Source: Podarcis cretensis (Eukaryota). From it: 64,000 bases of DNA. The notes beneath the pieces are model-generated. The model worked only from the letters and a program-made list of their open reading frames with translations, searched no databases and was not told where the DNA came from. Location: positions 36,704,001 to 36,768,000 of the forward strand of contig OX638160.1 of the NCBI GenBank assembly GCA_951804945.1. The letters are read 5' to 3'. A program made the translations under genes and the position numbers. Positions 11,860 through 24,519 of this stretch are shown here, one piece after another. Each line of letters starts with the position of its first letter. Position 1 is the stretch's first letter.

Positions 11860-12640
11860 ATCTAAAATTTTCAAGAGCCCTTCTTCACAAGTTTCTACAT
11901 TCCTCAGGGTGGTGGTGTCCCAAGAAAGGCCATTCTCTGTAGCAGCCGCTAAGTTGTGGAAGTCTCTCCCCTCAGAGGTGTGTCTGGCACCTTCTATATA
12001 CAGATCTTGACAAATGCTGAAGACGCACCTCTTTATCCTCGCCTTTGAAACCTGAGAAGTGTGTTTTAGGACCCACATATGTATGACTGTAATTTGTTTT
12101 AGGGTCCCTATAGTTAAAGCTATGGTTTTCCCAGTAGTGACGTATGGAAGTGAGAGCTGGACCATAAAGAAGGCTGATCGCCGAAGAATTGATGCTTTTG
12201 GATTATGGTGCTGGAGGAGACTCTTGAGAGTCCCGTGGACTGCAAGAAGATCAAACCTCTCCATTCTTAAGGAAATCAGCCCTGAGTGCTCACTGGAAGG
12301 ACAGATCCTGAAGCTGAGGCTCCAATACTTGGGCCACCTCATGAGAAGAGAAGATTCCCTGGAAAAGACTCTGATGTTGGGAAAGATGGAGGGCACAAGG
12401 AGAAGGGGATGACAGAGGACGAGATGGTTGGACAGTGTTCTCGAAGCTACCAGCATGAGTTTGACCAAACTGCGGGAGGCAGTGGAAGACAGGAGTGCCT
12501 GGTGTGCTCTAGTCCATGGGGTCACGAAGAGTCGGACACAACTAAACAACTAAACAACAACAAATTTGTTTTAGCTATTTTTAATACTGAATTTCAGGTT
12601 GTTGTAACCCACTTGGGACCTGCTGCTGAAGAAGGGCTAT
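11860..12640 (+). mobile_element. L2 3' end split by Bov-B
   Basis: aggccattctctgtagcagcc...gtggaagtctctccc...gcctttg before, ttgtaacccacttgggacc...gaaggg after. Confidence 0.65.
12103..12562 (+). mobile_element. Bov-B (RTE) LINE, 5'-truncated
   Basis: IVKAMVFPVVTYGSESWTIKKADRRRIDAF.LWCWRRLLRVPWTARRSN.SILKEI.PECSLEG; end ccatggggtcacgaagagtcggacacaact plus (aac) tail; 12-bp TSD aatttgttttag (12091-12102, 12563-12574). Confidence 0.95.
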
Positions 12641-14610
12641 AGCAGTAGTAGTAATGGTTTTGGGATTTTTAAAAAATACAATTGAAAATGTATTTGCGGT
12701 CTTAATAAGCATGTTCTGTATTTGGCCTTCTCTGTGATGGAACTTATTCCTTGGACAATTTTTCCATGACCTTTAATTTTCTTTGCCCTTAACAAGAATG
12801 ACTTCTGAAATGTATAGGCAAGATAACAAAGCAATTGATGCCATATACAGAAGGAATGGTCTCTTAGCAGTAACTAATATTCTGGTGAAATGGTGCAGCT
12901 TCATTGGGACACAAATTGTAGACGTATTAAACTGGAAAGGAATTTATACTTGTTTCTTTCATTTCAGAGTCAATATTGTGTTGTTATCCGTTCTGTTAAA
13001 ATAGAAAAAAAAATCCAAATAGTCTGTTGTTGTGGGCTATTGAATACGTTTCTATTTACAGTATTTCTTGCAAAATCCAAACAGCAGGTGGGCGTAGCTA
13101 GCCAGATTTTCCATCCTACAACAGTTCCCATTCAGACTTCCAGCTGAGATTTATAAGACACAACATTAAACCCCCTGATCTCACTGGGTTTCAACTTTCC
13201 ACTGTGCATTTTGAGATCATTTCTCCTCTAGGGCAGGCACTGCATGAACAGCTGAGAAAGAAATTGACCAGAGGAGACAGGCAGGCAGGCAGTTCACATT
13301 TTTGCAAAACTGACTTTTCTGAACAGTAGCTAGTTGCCTTGTACTTAATCCTAATTGGGTGTGGTATCTATCCCGCCCCGCACCAAAACCCAGTTGTGAC
13401 GATAATGCTTGGTGATAGATGAACACTGTACATACTGTTCAGGAACCTTGCCCAGTTCCTCGTGGCAATGTATGGAATAGAAAATTTGCCTGAAAGCACT
13501 TAGGATCTGGGCATCCAATTTCATTATATTCCCCGTCCCTATTGAAGAGAAAAACTTGGAAGGGGGAGATGTTTTTAATAAAATCTTAATCAAAAGGGGC
13601 TCTTAAGATACTCTGGGCGTGACAATGTGCCTTGTCTTCCTACACACAAGCTCAGAATTAACCTGATGTTTCAAATCGCTGTTTCCTACATCTCGCTTCA
13701 GAGATGTCTTGGCCAATTAGTGTAATATCACAGCTACATGGAGTTATTGCATTTCCAGCTGTGAACTGCTAATAATAAACCTACCCACAGGACAAAGCTG
13801 CCATATGGCCAATGGTCAGGCATGCACAAAGCATCTATGGGGAGGGGAATAATGTGCTTGTCAACAGTAAATGGATATATGTCAGGGAAATCAGGCTGGG
13901 AATAGGGCAAAGTCCTGGTTGCTTCTTCTTTTAACTCACATCTCATACATTTAGCCACTGTGCAGTCTATTTTGTATGGAACAGAACCAGCAGATAAAAT
14001 TGCATTCAGTTAGGGTGCATTCAAATGTGTGTGGGGGGGGGATATTATTTTTCCTGATCATAATGCTAGCACCTGTCCCATTTTCTCATGCTCCTTTCAT
14101 ACTGCAGTACCTGTTATATTATGGAGCTGTGGCTTTCTGGCCAGCATACAGGTACATCGCACAAAATTTCATTCATGCCAGTGTGCATGGTGTTACACAA
14201 TACAGCAAACATCATTGGACAATGTCACCACTCCTGCAACCCTTTCTGCACATGCACATTTCTGTCCCACCCCAATGAAAACAGCAGGAAGGACCTGTCT
14301 GCTGGTATACTGCCTCAGTGCCCCAGACTTTGTGACTTTCTTCCTATGTGATTTTCCAGGTTAAGTGGGCTAAAATTGGATTTTTTTCTGAAATCAAATA
14401 ACACGGAAATGAAGGCTAAGCATGTGCTACATTCCCTTAGTTTTTCAGAAGTTGTGTGAAAGCTCAAACATAATGCAGAAAAAGGGAAACACTGAGAAAA
14501 TGGAATGTGCTGGTGTATGAATCTGGCAAAAAGAGGTGGCTTAGGAGAGTTGAGGTGGGCTGCAATTTATTCCCCCAGGAGCAGGCCCAAGCAGCACTCA
14601 TGGGCCAGTT

Positions 14611-14868
14611 GAAGAAGAAGAAGAAGAGAAGAGTTTGGATTTGATATCCCGCTTTATCACTACCCTAAGGCGTCTCAAAGCCGCTAACATTCTCCTTTCC
14701 CTTCCTCCCCCACAACAAACACTCTGTGAGGTGAGTGGGGCTGAGAGACTTCAGAGAAGTGTGACTAGCCCAAGGTCACCCAGCAGCTGCATGTAGAGGA
14801 GTGGGGAAGCGAACCTGGTTCACCAGATTACGAGTCCACCACTCTTAACCACTACACCACACTGGCTT
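14611..14868 (-). mobile_element. tRNA/CORE (MIR-like, possibly Squam3) SINE
   Basis: Near-identical reverse complement of 57800-58055; (gaa)n tail. Confidence 0.85.
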
Positions 14869-15344
14869 CCTGGGCCTGCTCCCTGGGGAACACCCACACA
14901 TTAGCTGCTGACATTGGCCAAATCACTGGCAGACAGCCTCCTTCTGCCCAGCCAGCAACTGAGCTGGCTGCAACACCACCCACCTTTGAAGGTGAGTGGA
15001 CTTGTGGGACCCACCCATGCATCTATTAATTAGTAGATTACAATCCCCATTTCTATGTTCCAATCTGCACATAGGTCTAAAGGGGCTGAAACTGGTATGT
15101 TCACTCCCCAATGCAGAGTGAACCAGAATCCTTCAACATGCCTACACCCGTCGTTTATAACGTTAACAATGCATTATTGAAATGTGACACCAGAGGGGTG
15201 CTGTGGAGCAGTGAGCTGCCAGCAATGGGAAACTGCATTTTAAATGTTATTAAATATAACGTTCTATAAGATCGGTGTAGATCCAGCCCTAGTGGTGACT
15301 TGAGTTGTTCCACTTTGGTTGGTGATGTATAATTCCCAAGGGTC

Positions 15345-15658
15345 CTCTTCCACTTCCCTCAGAAGTTTAGGGTGGTGGCGGAGGCCTCAGACAGGGCATT
15401 CTCTGTGGCAGCCCCTAAGTGGTGGATTTCTCTCCCCACAGAGGTGTGCCTGGCTTTTTCACTATACAGCTGTTGGAGAAGCAGCTCTTTACCCTGTCCT
15501 TTAGCATCTGAGATGTGTGTTTTCAGGACCTGCACTATTATTGTCCATGTTATATGTTTTTACTGTTTTTAATTCAGAATTTTAAACTGTGTTAATACAC
15601 CTGGAGACCTGCTGGTGAAGGTTGGGCAATTAACAACAACAAAAGCAACAACAACAAC
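15345..15658 (+). mobile_element. L2 3' end with (aac)n tail
   Basis: agggcattctctgtggcagcccctaagtggtggatttctctccccacagagg motif. Confidence 0.65.
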
Positions 15659-17688
15659 TACATCCACACTGTCCCCATCAAGATGCATGAACCAATAGAA
15701 TGTTCTGGACAAGACCCATCAGAAAGTCTTGTGAAGGGAGAGACATGAAAACCGTGCTGATCATCTTTAGGAAAATATGTGCAAATAAATACATGTAAAT
15801 AAACAAAATAGCATGAAGTCTTTTGCGCAGAGACCGTGGAGCTCGGATGTAACTGTATAAGCACACCTAATCCTCACGGTCAATGACTGTGCCCTTTCTG
15901 AACTATCATGGTTGTCCTCAGTTCAGAAGTTTGGACGTGTGTATTTTTCTGTGGCTTTTTTCGGCCACCCATCTCTCCGTGTTCTGTCACCTCCCTGTTT
16001 TACATGATGTCAACAGGAGATCTGTTTTTTTTTACCCTGTTCCCAAATCCTGACTTCTTAAAACATTAAATAAAATGTTTCTTTCATTGCTAATTATTTT
16101 GGACTGTGACAGAAACCAGCTCGCCTGGAATTTGTTGACTTTTTTTTTAAAGTGGGGGGAGTAGATTTGAATTTTTTTTTTAAAAAAAGGGAGGCATGTC
16201 TACGCCATGCTCCTGAGTTAATGCACTGCCTTTCAGATCTTTGACAGAAACTTGGCGTCAATCAGTCCTAACTCTGTTTAAATGACAGGATGCCTGGCAG
16301 CCCTTAGCCCCGCTTGCAAGATGTACTAATATTTACAAGCAAAAAAAGAGAGAGGAGGAGGTGGAGGAGGGTTCTGGCTTTGTTGAAATAACACCACTTT
16401 CTACATGTGAAGGCTGCTCCAGAGCAGACAGCTACCAGGGGAGAGAAGGACTGAGCTTTTCATCAAACACTAATGTTTACTTTAAGCCCAAACAGGTCAC
16501 AATTATATTAAACAGGTTTTATTTTATTTTCTGCAGGCATAAATATGTGAGGGATCTTCTAAAGGCATCTTCCAAAACAGGCAATGAAAAAAACAACAAC
16601 GAGGAAGATGTAAACATGTCTCAGAAATAACAAGCAACAAATTATTCCAGGTTGGTCTCGCTTTGTATATAGAGAGGATGTTTTGCGGGTGTTTTTGGCT
16701 GCGAGTCAGCTTTGGAGGTACACTAGATTTACAAAACATGTACAGAACTTTAATGAAGCACTTTAAACAGAAGGGTGGAGGAAGCAGGGCTGCACAGCAT
16801 AATTACCAATGGGGGGGGGGGAGATGTTTTTTAAAAGAGCTTTTGCTTGTCCGGAGAGCATGCTTAAGGGAGAAAGAGGCACGCACTGTGAAGGAGGCAG
16901 GGGTCTTTCCAAACTGTAGGAGCCTGTCTAAAGCCCACTCAACGAGGATTCCAGAAACAGCATGATATAAAAGGCTACATTGTCTTCCAGGTTTTCAACC
17001 ACAGGCAGCTAGATTTAAAAAATAGAAAAGCTCTATAGGTCCCAGAGTTCTCCCTTTTATCCAAGGCTTCGGGTTTTTTAATGCCTCCTCTGTTGGGAAA
17101 ATCCTGAAATCAGAAAGGATGTGGTCTGAAGTGCTGAAGTGTTTAGCCGCCTATGGAGTATGTGGCATTGGGGAATGAAGTAACGAATTTATCACAGCTG
17201 CTAAGGGTGAGATTCATAAGTTATTAGGTCTTGCACAGTCTCATTGGATATTATTGACTATGAGTTATTGAAGTTTTGTTCACCAGGTGGGGGAAATTTT
17301 ATTATTCCACTCCTCAATGTCATCTAATACGTGCCTATAACCTTTGGCATGTCTAGTTAATACCACTGGCAATCTGTTTATTTTCCTGTTCTCTTTATCA
17401 GCTTTCAGACACTGTAAATCTAAATAACTGTCATCATCGACTTAAATCATACCCTTCTCTCGGAAAGCTTGAAACCTCCTCAACACAGCATGCAGCTGAA
17501 AGGAACACCCTTTGAACAATTCTAAGTCCCCAAATATCAGAATTTGAGGGAAACAAAACAAAATCTTGTCCAAATACTTAAGTTTCAGACCTGCGAGTGA
17601 ATATCCACCATCTCAAAATCCATGTTTCAATATGAACAAAGTCTGATTTCTGAAATGTGATGTTTATCACATTCCTAAGGCAAAACAA

Positions 17689-18038
17689 GGGACACAGGTA
17701 GCGCTGTGGGTTAAACCACAGAGCCTAGGACTTGCTGATCAGAAGGTCGGCGGTTCGAATCCTCGCAACAGGGTGAGCTCCTGTTGCTCGGTCCCAGCTC
17801 CTGCCAATCTAGCAGTTCGAAAGCACGTCAAAGTGCAAGTAGATGAATAGGTACCGCTCCAGCGAGAAGATAAACGGTGTTTCCGTGTGCTGCTCTGGTT
17901 CACCAGAAGTGGCTTAGTCATGCTGGCCACATGACCCGGAAGCTGTACGCCGGCTCCCTCGGCCAATAAAGCGAGATGAGCGCCACAACCCCAGAGTCAT
18001 CCGCGCCTGGACCTAATGGTCAGGGGTCCCTTTACCTT
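17689..18038 (+). mobile_element. Full-length Sauria SINE
   Basis: A/B boxes (gcgctgtgggttaaacc; ggttcgaatcc), cctttacc tail, 12-bp TSD taaggcaaaaca (17676-17687, 18039-18050). Confidence 0.95.
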
Positions 18039-18054
18039 TAAGGCAAAACAGCAT

Positions 18055-18292
18055 TAAGAACATAAGAAGAGCCTGCTGCATCAGGCCAGGAGTCTAGTCT
18101 AGCATCCTGTTTTCACAGTGGCCATCCCGATTTCTGTGGGAAACCCACAAGAAGGATACGAGCACAAGAGCCCTCTCTCCTCCTGTGTTTTCCAGCAACT
18201 GGTATTCAGAAGCGTTGCTGTGGAGACTGAGCAGAGCCCTCTCCTCCATGAATTTATTTAAACCTCTTTCAAAGCCATCTAGGTTGGTGGCC
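18055..18292 (-). mobile_element. CR1 LINE 3' end
   Basis: aagaacataagaagagcctgctg tail; minus strand reads ATNLDGFERGLNKFMEER. Confidence 0.8.
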
Positions 18293-18296
18293 CTCC

Positions 18297-19021
18297 TGTG
18301 GGACCAGGAACAAGGCCAGAAAGCCACTTCCGGCCTGCCCCAGGAGGTGGTCCCAGCCCCCGCGAGAGCAGGGGAATCCCGGTCGGGTCTGCCCCCCCCC
18401 CAGCCAGCCAATCAGCTGGCTGGCTGGGGGGCATGGCCTCCCCTATTTAGGGCCGGCGCGGAGGGGGCTCGCCCTCTTTTCGCCAGCTCATCTTTGACTT
18501 TGCTATGGACTTCGGTCTGTCGCCGCAAGGGGCATGGTAGGAATTTTTCCCAATTGGCGATTTCTGGCCTTTTGGTTTTTCGCCTACCTCGTAGCAACTC
18601 GTCACAACTTTTCGGCATTGGTGGTAGGCATTGGTAAGAAGGGGTTAAGAGGATGTGGGGGGGGGGAGGAACGCCATCACCTCCCCCCAGTGAGCAAAGG
18701 GTGGTCCGTTAAAGGACTCCGGGGGGCGTGGCCCTGTCCGAAGCCTATGGAGGTGAGGGCCAAAGGCACGCCCCAGAGCGGTGACCCGGGGGAGCTCCTA
18801 GTCGATGTGCCTCGGCAGGAGACTCCCCCGATATAAGGTTATCCCTTCCCCGTGTCTCCAGCAAATGGGCTGGAGCCGGATAGTCGTTAGGACCAATGCC
18901 TAAGCCAATGCCTCTCATTCCTGAATTCAATAAAGTTGTGGCCTAATTCGCCCAATTAACCTTAAATTATGGTGTCTCGTGTCTTTATTTACCCTGGTGG
19001 GGGGTGGGAACTCGCCTCGCA
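18297..19021 (+). mobile_element. GC/CpG-rich terminal-repeat-like element (DIRS/Ngaro-like or solo LTR)
   Basis: Abrupt GC-rich block with ccaatc, cctatttagg TATA-like site and aataaagttgtggcc near the end; no TSD seen. Confidence 0.5.
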
Positions 19022-20456
19022 AAATCTCTTCTCACTTGGAGCTTCGCGGATTCCTCCCTAAGATAAGCTGCCGGCTATTTAAAATTAAAAAGTTGCTGAT
19101 TCTGGGTAGCATGTCTTTAAGAGCTCTTAAAGAACTCAGATGTGAAATTGTTGATATTCCAACACAGGGAAGGGGAACCTTTGGTCCTCCTGGTGTTCTT
19201 TAGAGATTGAAGCAGGAATAGGGAATCCAGGGCCTTGCAGATGCTATGGACTACAACTCTGATTAGTCCCAGCCTTTGATTATTTCCCCACTTTATAATG
19301 TTACATACAAAAGGTCAGGGATGGGTAAGGTTGTATATAAAATGGATTATATATAAAATCCCTTTTTTCCCCCTTGCATAGTGCTCCATCCCTCCCTGTT
19401 AATATGCACATCTTCTGTCTTCTTTCTTTAACAGGAGACAAGTGGAGAATCTGTGGCCTTCTAGATGTTGTCAGGATACAAATCCCATCATCCTTGACCA
19501 TTGGCCTTGCAGAGTGGGGCTGATGGGAGTTGGAGTCCAACTACTTCCAGAAGGCCATTGGGTTCCCCATCCATTTTATAGAGTCAACAGTCTTAAAGCT
19601 GTATACACACAGAGAAAGAGCACGACTACCCCCCCCCCCACTCACTCCCAAAGCAAGTTCATCTTTATTCCCATTATTGAGCTAATGCAAGATTGGAGCT
19701 AGTGTCACTGCAGGGGTGAAGGGGGAAGCTCTCATGTGACTCTGGAGAGTTGATTATATATACGCAGCCACCAGTGACTTGCCTATGGACAGAGGCTTAA
19801 GTGTAGAGTTGCGTTTTGGGTTCCATCAACTAGACTAGAGTCTCCTCTGACCTGCTTTTGCTTGCTTTGGCAGGAATGCTATGAGCAGCCCAAGAGGCAA
19901 AAAAGGATGGACACAGATTTGAGATTTATTGCTGGAAACACTTTATCTTGAAAGCTCAGATGTGTCAGTAAACAAAATGCCTCATGATTGCTGCTCTTTA
20001 TTGGATGCATAGATCTATGCTTATGGAAACAAAGGTTTAATTGTCCCTCCCCTCCACCCCCAAAAAGGCACTTTTGAGTAGCCTAGATATATCATTTTGT
20101 ATTCTAATATCATTTTCAATTTCTGGTAATGCAGATTATAAAACTGTCATCTCCTCCAGGGAACAGATGGTAAATGCCCTAGGGGTGGTTGAGGCTAATG
20201 CTCTAGCAAGCTGTAGCTCACCAGCTTGCAATATTAGCTGGTACAATATGACAGTCCTGTGGCAAAGGCACACTCCCCTTTGGCCAAGGGGGTAAATGTT
20301 TGCTATTAAAACTGAAGCATGTCTGAATAACTCAGAAATATCCAGTTTGCTTCAATGGCAAGGAGCTGAGCAAATGTTTAACTCCCCCATTGTAAAGTTT
20401 CGGTTTGGCTGGATTGTGTTCTCAGCTGAAATTCAGGTTGGGTGGTATTGAACTGA

Positions 20457-21148
20457 AGCCACATCTGCATTATACATTTAAAGCAGTATCATAACACTTT
20501 AAACCTTCATGACTTCCCCCAAAGAATTCCGGGAAGAGTAATTTGTTGAGGGTGCAGAATGTCGTTAGAAGACTCCTCTCAGAGCTACAATTCCCAGAGT
20601 TCTCCAGGAAGAGGGATTGGTTGATAAACCACTCTGGAATAATAACTTAGGGGTTGCCTAATAACTCTCAGTGCCCTTAACAAACTTCACTTCCCAAACG
20701 TCTTTAGGGGAAGCTACAACTGGTTACAGGACGAGGGTGGCGCTGTGGGTTATACCACAGAACCTAGGACTTCCCGATCAGAAGGTCGGCGGTTCGAATC
20801 CCCAAGACGGGGTGAGCTCCTGTTGCTTAGTCCCAGCTCCTGCCAACCTTGCAGCTCGAAAGCTGTCAAAGTGCAAGTAGATAAATAGGTACCGCTCTGG
20901 CGGGAAGGTAAATGGTGTTTCCGTGCACTGCTCTGGTTCACCAGAAGCGGCTTAGTCATGCTGGACACATGACCCAGAAGCTGTTTGCGGACAAACGCCT
21001 GCTCCCTCGCCCAATAAAGCGAGATGAACGCCGCAACCCCAGAGTCGGTCATGACTGGACCTAATTGTCAGGGGTCCCTTTACCTTTACCTTTACAACTG
21101 GTTACAGCTGTATGATCCTGTTTTCACTGAATAGTGCTGACAGGGCCT
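20457..21148. mobile_element. Palindromic PIF/Harbinger (Chompy-like) MITE interrupted by a Sauria SINE
   Basis: atctgcattatacatttaaagcagtatcata...cccccaaagaatt with an inverted counterpart on the far side of the SINE. Confidence 0.65.
20730..21092 (+). mobile_element. Full-length Sauria SINE
   Basis: 15-bp TSD tacaactggttacag (20715-20729, 21093-21107); (accttt)n tail. Confidence 0.95.
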
Positions 21149-22348
21149 AAGTTGCACTCAGACATAAGTTATGTTTATTAATATCAACAAGTTTGCTCTG
21201 AGTAAAACTCAGCCGAATCCCATCCCTATTACTGAATATATTTATTCTTAACCCCCTCTTGTGCTCTTCTGCTGTGGCTGCATTCACACATGGGGATTAT
21301 TGTGTTAGTTTCCCTGATTATATCACTAGCACTTCTATCCCAGATTCTAACATTCCTTTTACACCACATTATCTTTTGAGTTATGGAATTGTAGCTTTCT
21401 AATTGCTATACCACTATGTTCTGCTAAATTTTAAATGGCAGGAAAGAATCGCATGCCGGAGTACTGCCCCAAAGTTCCTAATGTTGAAATTGCAATGCAA
21501 AACTCCTGCAATTTACAGGGTTAGCAGGGTTGCAAGCCTATTTTTTCTGGAAGCAAATAACATGGAAATGAGGGCTAAACTTCTGCTGGTTTTCCAAAAG
21601 TTGCTATATGTGAAAGATCACATAAAATGCAGAAATCATCAGGTAAGGAAACATTATGAAAGCAGAGTACTGTAAAATGCTTTTGGAATGCAGATAGCAA
21701 TACGCTCATTTTCAAAGCATGGGTAGAGCATCTAACAACTAGATGCTCCTTAGATAGAACTCTTGCACTATTTCAGTAGCACATAATCTCTGGAATGGCT
21801 ACTAATGACCTGGGCTCATTAGGAAGACCCAAGTTTAGAATAGGTGCAAGATCCATTGCCAGCATATAAGGTTGCAGCCAAGCCACTTGGGCCTGAGTTT
21901 CACAGCGCTTTCAAGAAAGTACGCTGGCCTGAGGCCAAACTAGACAAGATGACAGAAATCCATAACTGGATTGCCTCCTGTCTCTTTATATCTTAACAAC
22001 TAGCAGCTGTGAATGCGGGGCCAGAACTGTGTTCAGAGATGGGGAGGCGATAATCCTCTCCTCCAGTGCCCTTTTCCTGATTGAAATCTCACACCTAGCA
22101 ATGCTACCATTTGCCCCATTAAGGCAAATGCATCCACGCAGTCAACATCTCATCTGGCTAGGCCCAGATTTAGGCTCTTGTAGAGCTAACTTGAAATATG
22201 CTTGCTCAGAAGTTTCCACTTGATCGTTCAACTGGGGCTTGCTTCCAAGTGACTTTGCTTAAGTTTGCAGCTGCTCGACCCACCAACAAGTACACAGAAC
22301 CCAGGGCCCTCCAGATATTATGGGATTTCCAGGTTCCTTCAGCTCCAG

Positions 22349-22727
22349 ATAGAGATGGGGGGATGTCAATGTCAGTTACTCTCTTATTTATGATTTTTCC
22401 AATCTTACCATTCCATATTTCTACATCAGCTTGTGAGGAAAAGTCCTTGTGAAAATCCATCAGCATTTTCATGCAAATTATCCTAATATTAATGATAATC
22501 GCAATGCAATCATTGTTAAAATACAGCATATGTATGTTGTTTTCACAAAAATATTAATTTTAATGCACACTTTCCCCTAAGAAATGCATTGTTTGGTTGA
22601 AGAGCTGCATCACGAAATTCAGATAAGTGCATGTTTTGTTTTGGATCCCATGCTGTTTAAAATTAAGTGTACATTTGATAGGTTCAGCTTTAAATGCGAA
22701 CGGAATCAGTTTTCTCCTTTATCCCTA
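22349..22727. mobile_element. Old hAT-like non-autonomous element
   Basis: Termini tagagatgg / tatcccta; AT-rich interior with aatgcac-type motifs. Confidence 0.45.
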
Positions 22728-22820
22728 AGGTAGTTCAAGACATCGGGAGGGCACTAGGTTGGAGAAGCCTGAAGCAGACAGAGCACAGAAAGCATTTTGA
22801 AGACTTGTAATGTTAAGTAT

Positions 22821-23176
22821 AGGGTGGCGCTGTGGGTAAAACCTCAATGCCTAGGACTTGCTGATCATAAGGTCGGCAGTTCGAATCCCCACGGCAGGGT
22901 GAGCTCCCATCATTCGGTCCCAGCTCCTGCCCACCTAGCAGTTCGAAAGCACCCCTAAGTGCAAGTAGATAAATAGGTACCGCTTTATAGCAGGAAGGTA
23001 AACGGCGTTTCCGTGTGCGGCACTGGTGCTGGCTCGCCAGAGCAGCTTCGTCACTCTGGCCACATGACCCGGAAGTGTCTTCGGACGGCGCTGGCTCCCG
23101 GCCTCTTGAGCGAGATGAGCGCGCAACCCTAGAGTCGGTCACGACTGGCCCGTATGGGCAGGGGTACCTTTACTTT
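22821..23176 (+). mobile_element. Sauria SINE, divergent variant
   Basis: 13-bp TSD taatgttaagtat (22808-22820, 23177-23189); distinct 3' half. Confidence 0.93.
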
Positions 23177-23324
23177 TAATGTTAAGTATTGATGATGTTC
23201 ACCCCCCCATGTGATGTCATGAAGTTCCCTTCAGCAAAAGCAAAAAGCTGTATGAATAAATTCATTACAGCTCCAGAAGAAATTGAGTGTTAAAAACAAC
23301 CACCACCACCACAACAAATGAGCA

Positions 23325-23482
23325 TTTTGTGGCTCTTTAAAAGCCTACCAAATTTATTATGGCATAAGCTTTCATGGACTAAAGTCTACAAAAGTTTATG
23401 CCACAATAAACGTGCCTTAAGGTCCCAGGTGATGTTTTGTTGTTTTTGCTGCAGCAGACTTAAGGCAGCAACCCCTCTGGAA
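23325..23482. mobile_element. Penelope-like pLTR remnant forming a short hairpin
   Basis: tttattatggcataagctttc ... aaagtttatgccacaataaa inverted arms; end gcagcagact...acccctctggaa. Confidence 0.6.
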
Positions 23483-24059
23483 ATTGTGCTTAAGGGTTAC
23501 AGCTACTTTTCAGGAAGCTTGTGTACCCGTCATTCCCGCTCTACGGTCTTTAACACCGTTACCAGGACTGTGTTATCTGCGAAATCTTGCTTGTCAACGT
23601 TACCCAAACAGGAAAAGGATATTTAATGCCTTATTTTTGTCACCGTGGCTCCTGTTGTATTTCCTTCTGCCTCCTTGTAAATACTCTGGCAGCAGAGGGA
23701 AGCAAAAAGGGGCAAGGTTTTCCCCAGCGGTCTGAAAAGAGTTCAGTGGTCACAGCAATGGCTTATGTCTGCTCTTCCAGATATAGCAAGTGGCAGTTAA
23801 TTTAGCAGCATGTGTCTGGAGGAAAAATGAAGGAACCCAGATCACCACACTTGAACGACACACAATGGCCGTCAACGTCGACTAGCCGTTGGATTAGGCT
23901 CAGGGATTGGACATAATGAACACTAAATAATCTCACTTAGTTTTATGTTTTGGGAACTGAGATGGGTCTACATTGATGAGATGAAGTCAATGCATGTTTC
24001 TAAGATGTGAAGATGTGGAAATTCTTCTTTTTTTTCCTATTCTGTGCCTGTACTTCTCA

Positions 24060-24073
24060 AGAGACAGAGAGAG

Positions 24074-24111
<38 letters not shown>
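24060..24111. repeat. (GA)n microsatellite
   Basis: Direct observation. Confidence 0.95.
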
Positions 24112-24116
<5 letters not shown>

Positions 24117-24519
24117 TGGTCTCCTTCCACCGAAATGAAGACAGGAATATTTTCATCTTTAACATGAAAAGAAACACAATGCCTAGCAATTGAGCAGTGT
24201 TTGTTGCGCTGACCAGCATGGATGGGCAGCTGATGAGGGCCCAGTTTTAGCTCCTCACTGCTACACTTTCATGCTCCATAGCCATGACACCACTTCCATT
24301 TTAGCTGATGGTCACGCCATCCTTTTCTCCCCCCCCCCCCATTGGCTAAAACAGACTTTTAGCAGAGGGACAGGAGGGAAGTGGAGAGTAATGAGGGCAG
24401 CAGTGGTTGGCAGGGTGCAATGCGGTGGGGAGGTGTTGCTAGGGGCTGCCTCTGAAGACAGTTCAGAATCTTCAGCTGGTGCAGAATTCAGCAACCAGGT
24501 TGCTTCTGGAGCAAGAGGG

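Noticed and set aside
11815-12549. 244-aa minus-strand ORF
   Set aside because: Antisense frame of the Bov-B/L2 sequence, not a host gene
17739-17966. Recurring similar short ORFs (GHVASMTKPLL...) suggesting a gene family
   Set aside because: All are translations of Sauria SINE copies
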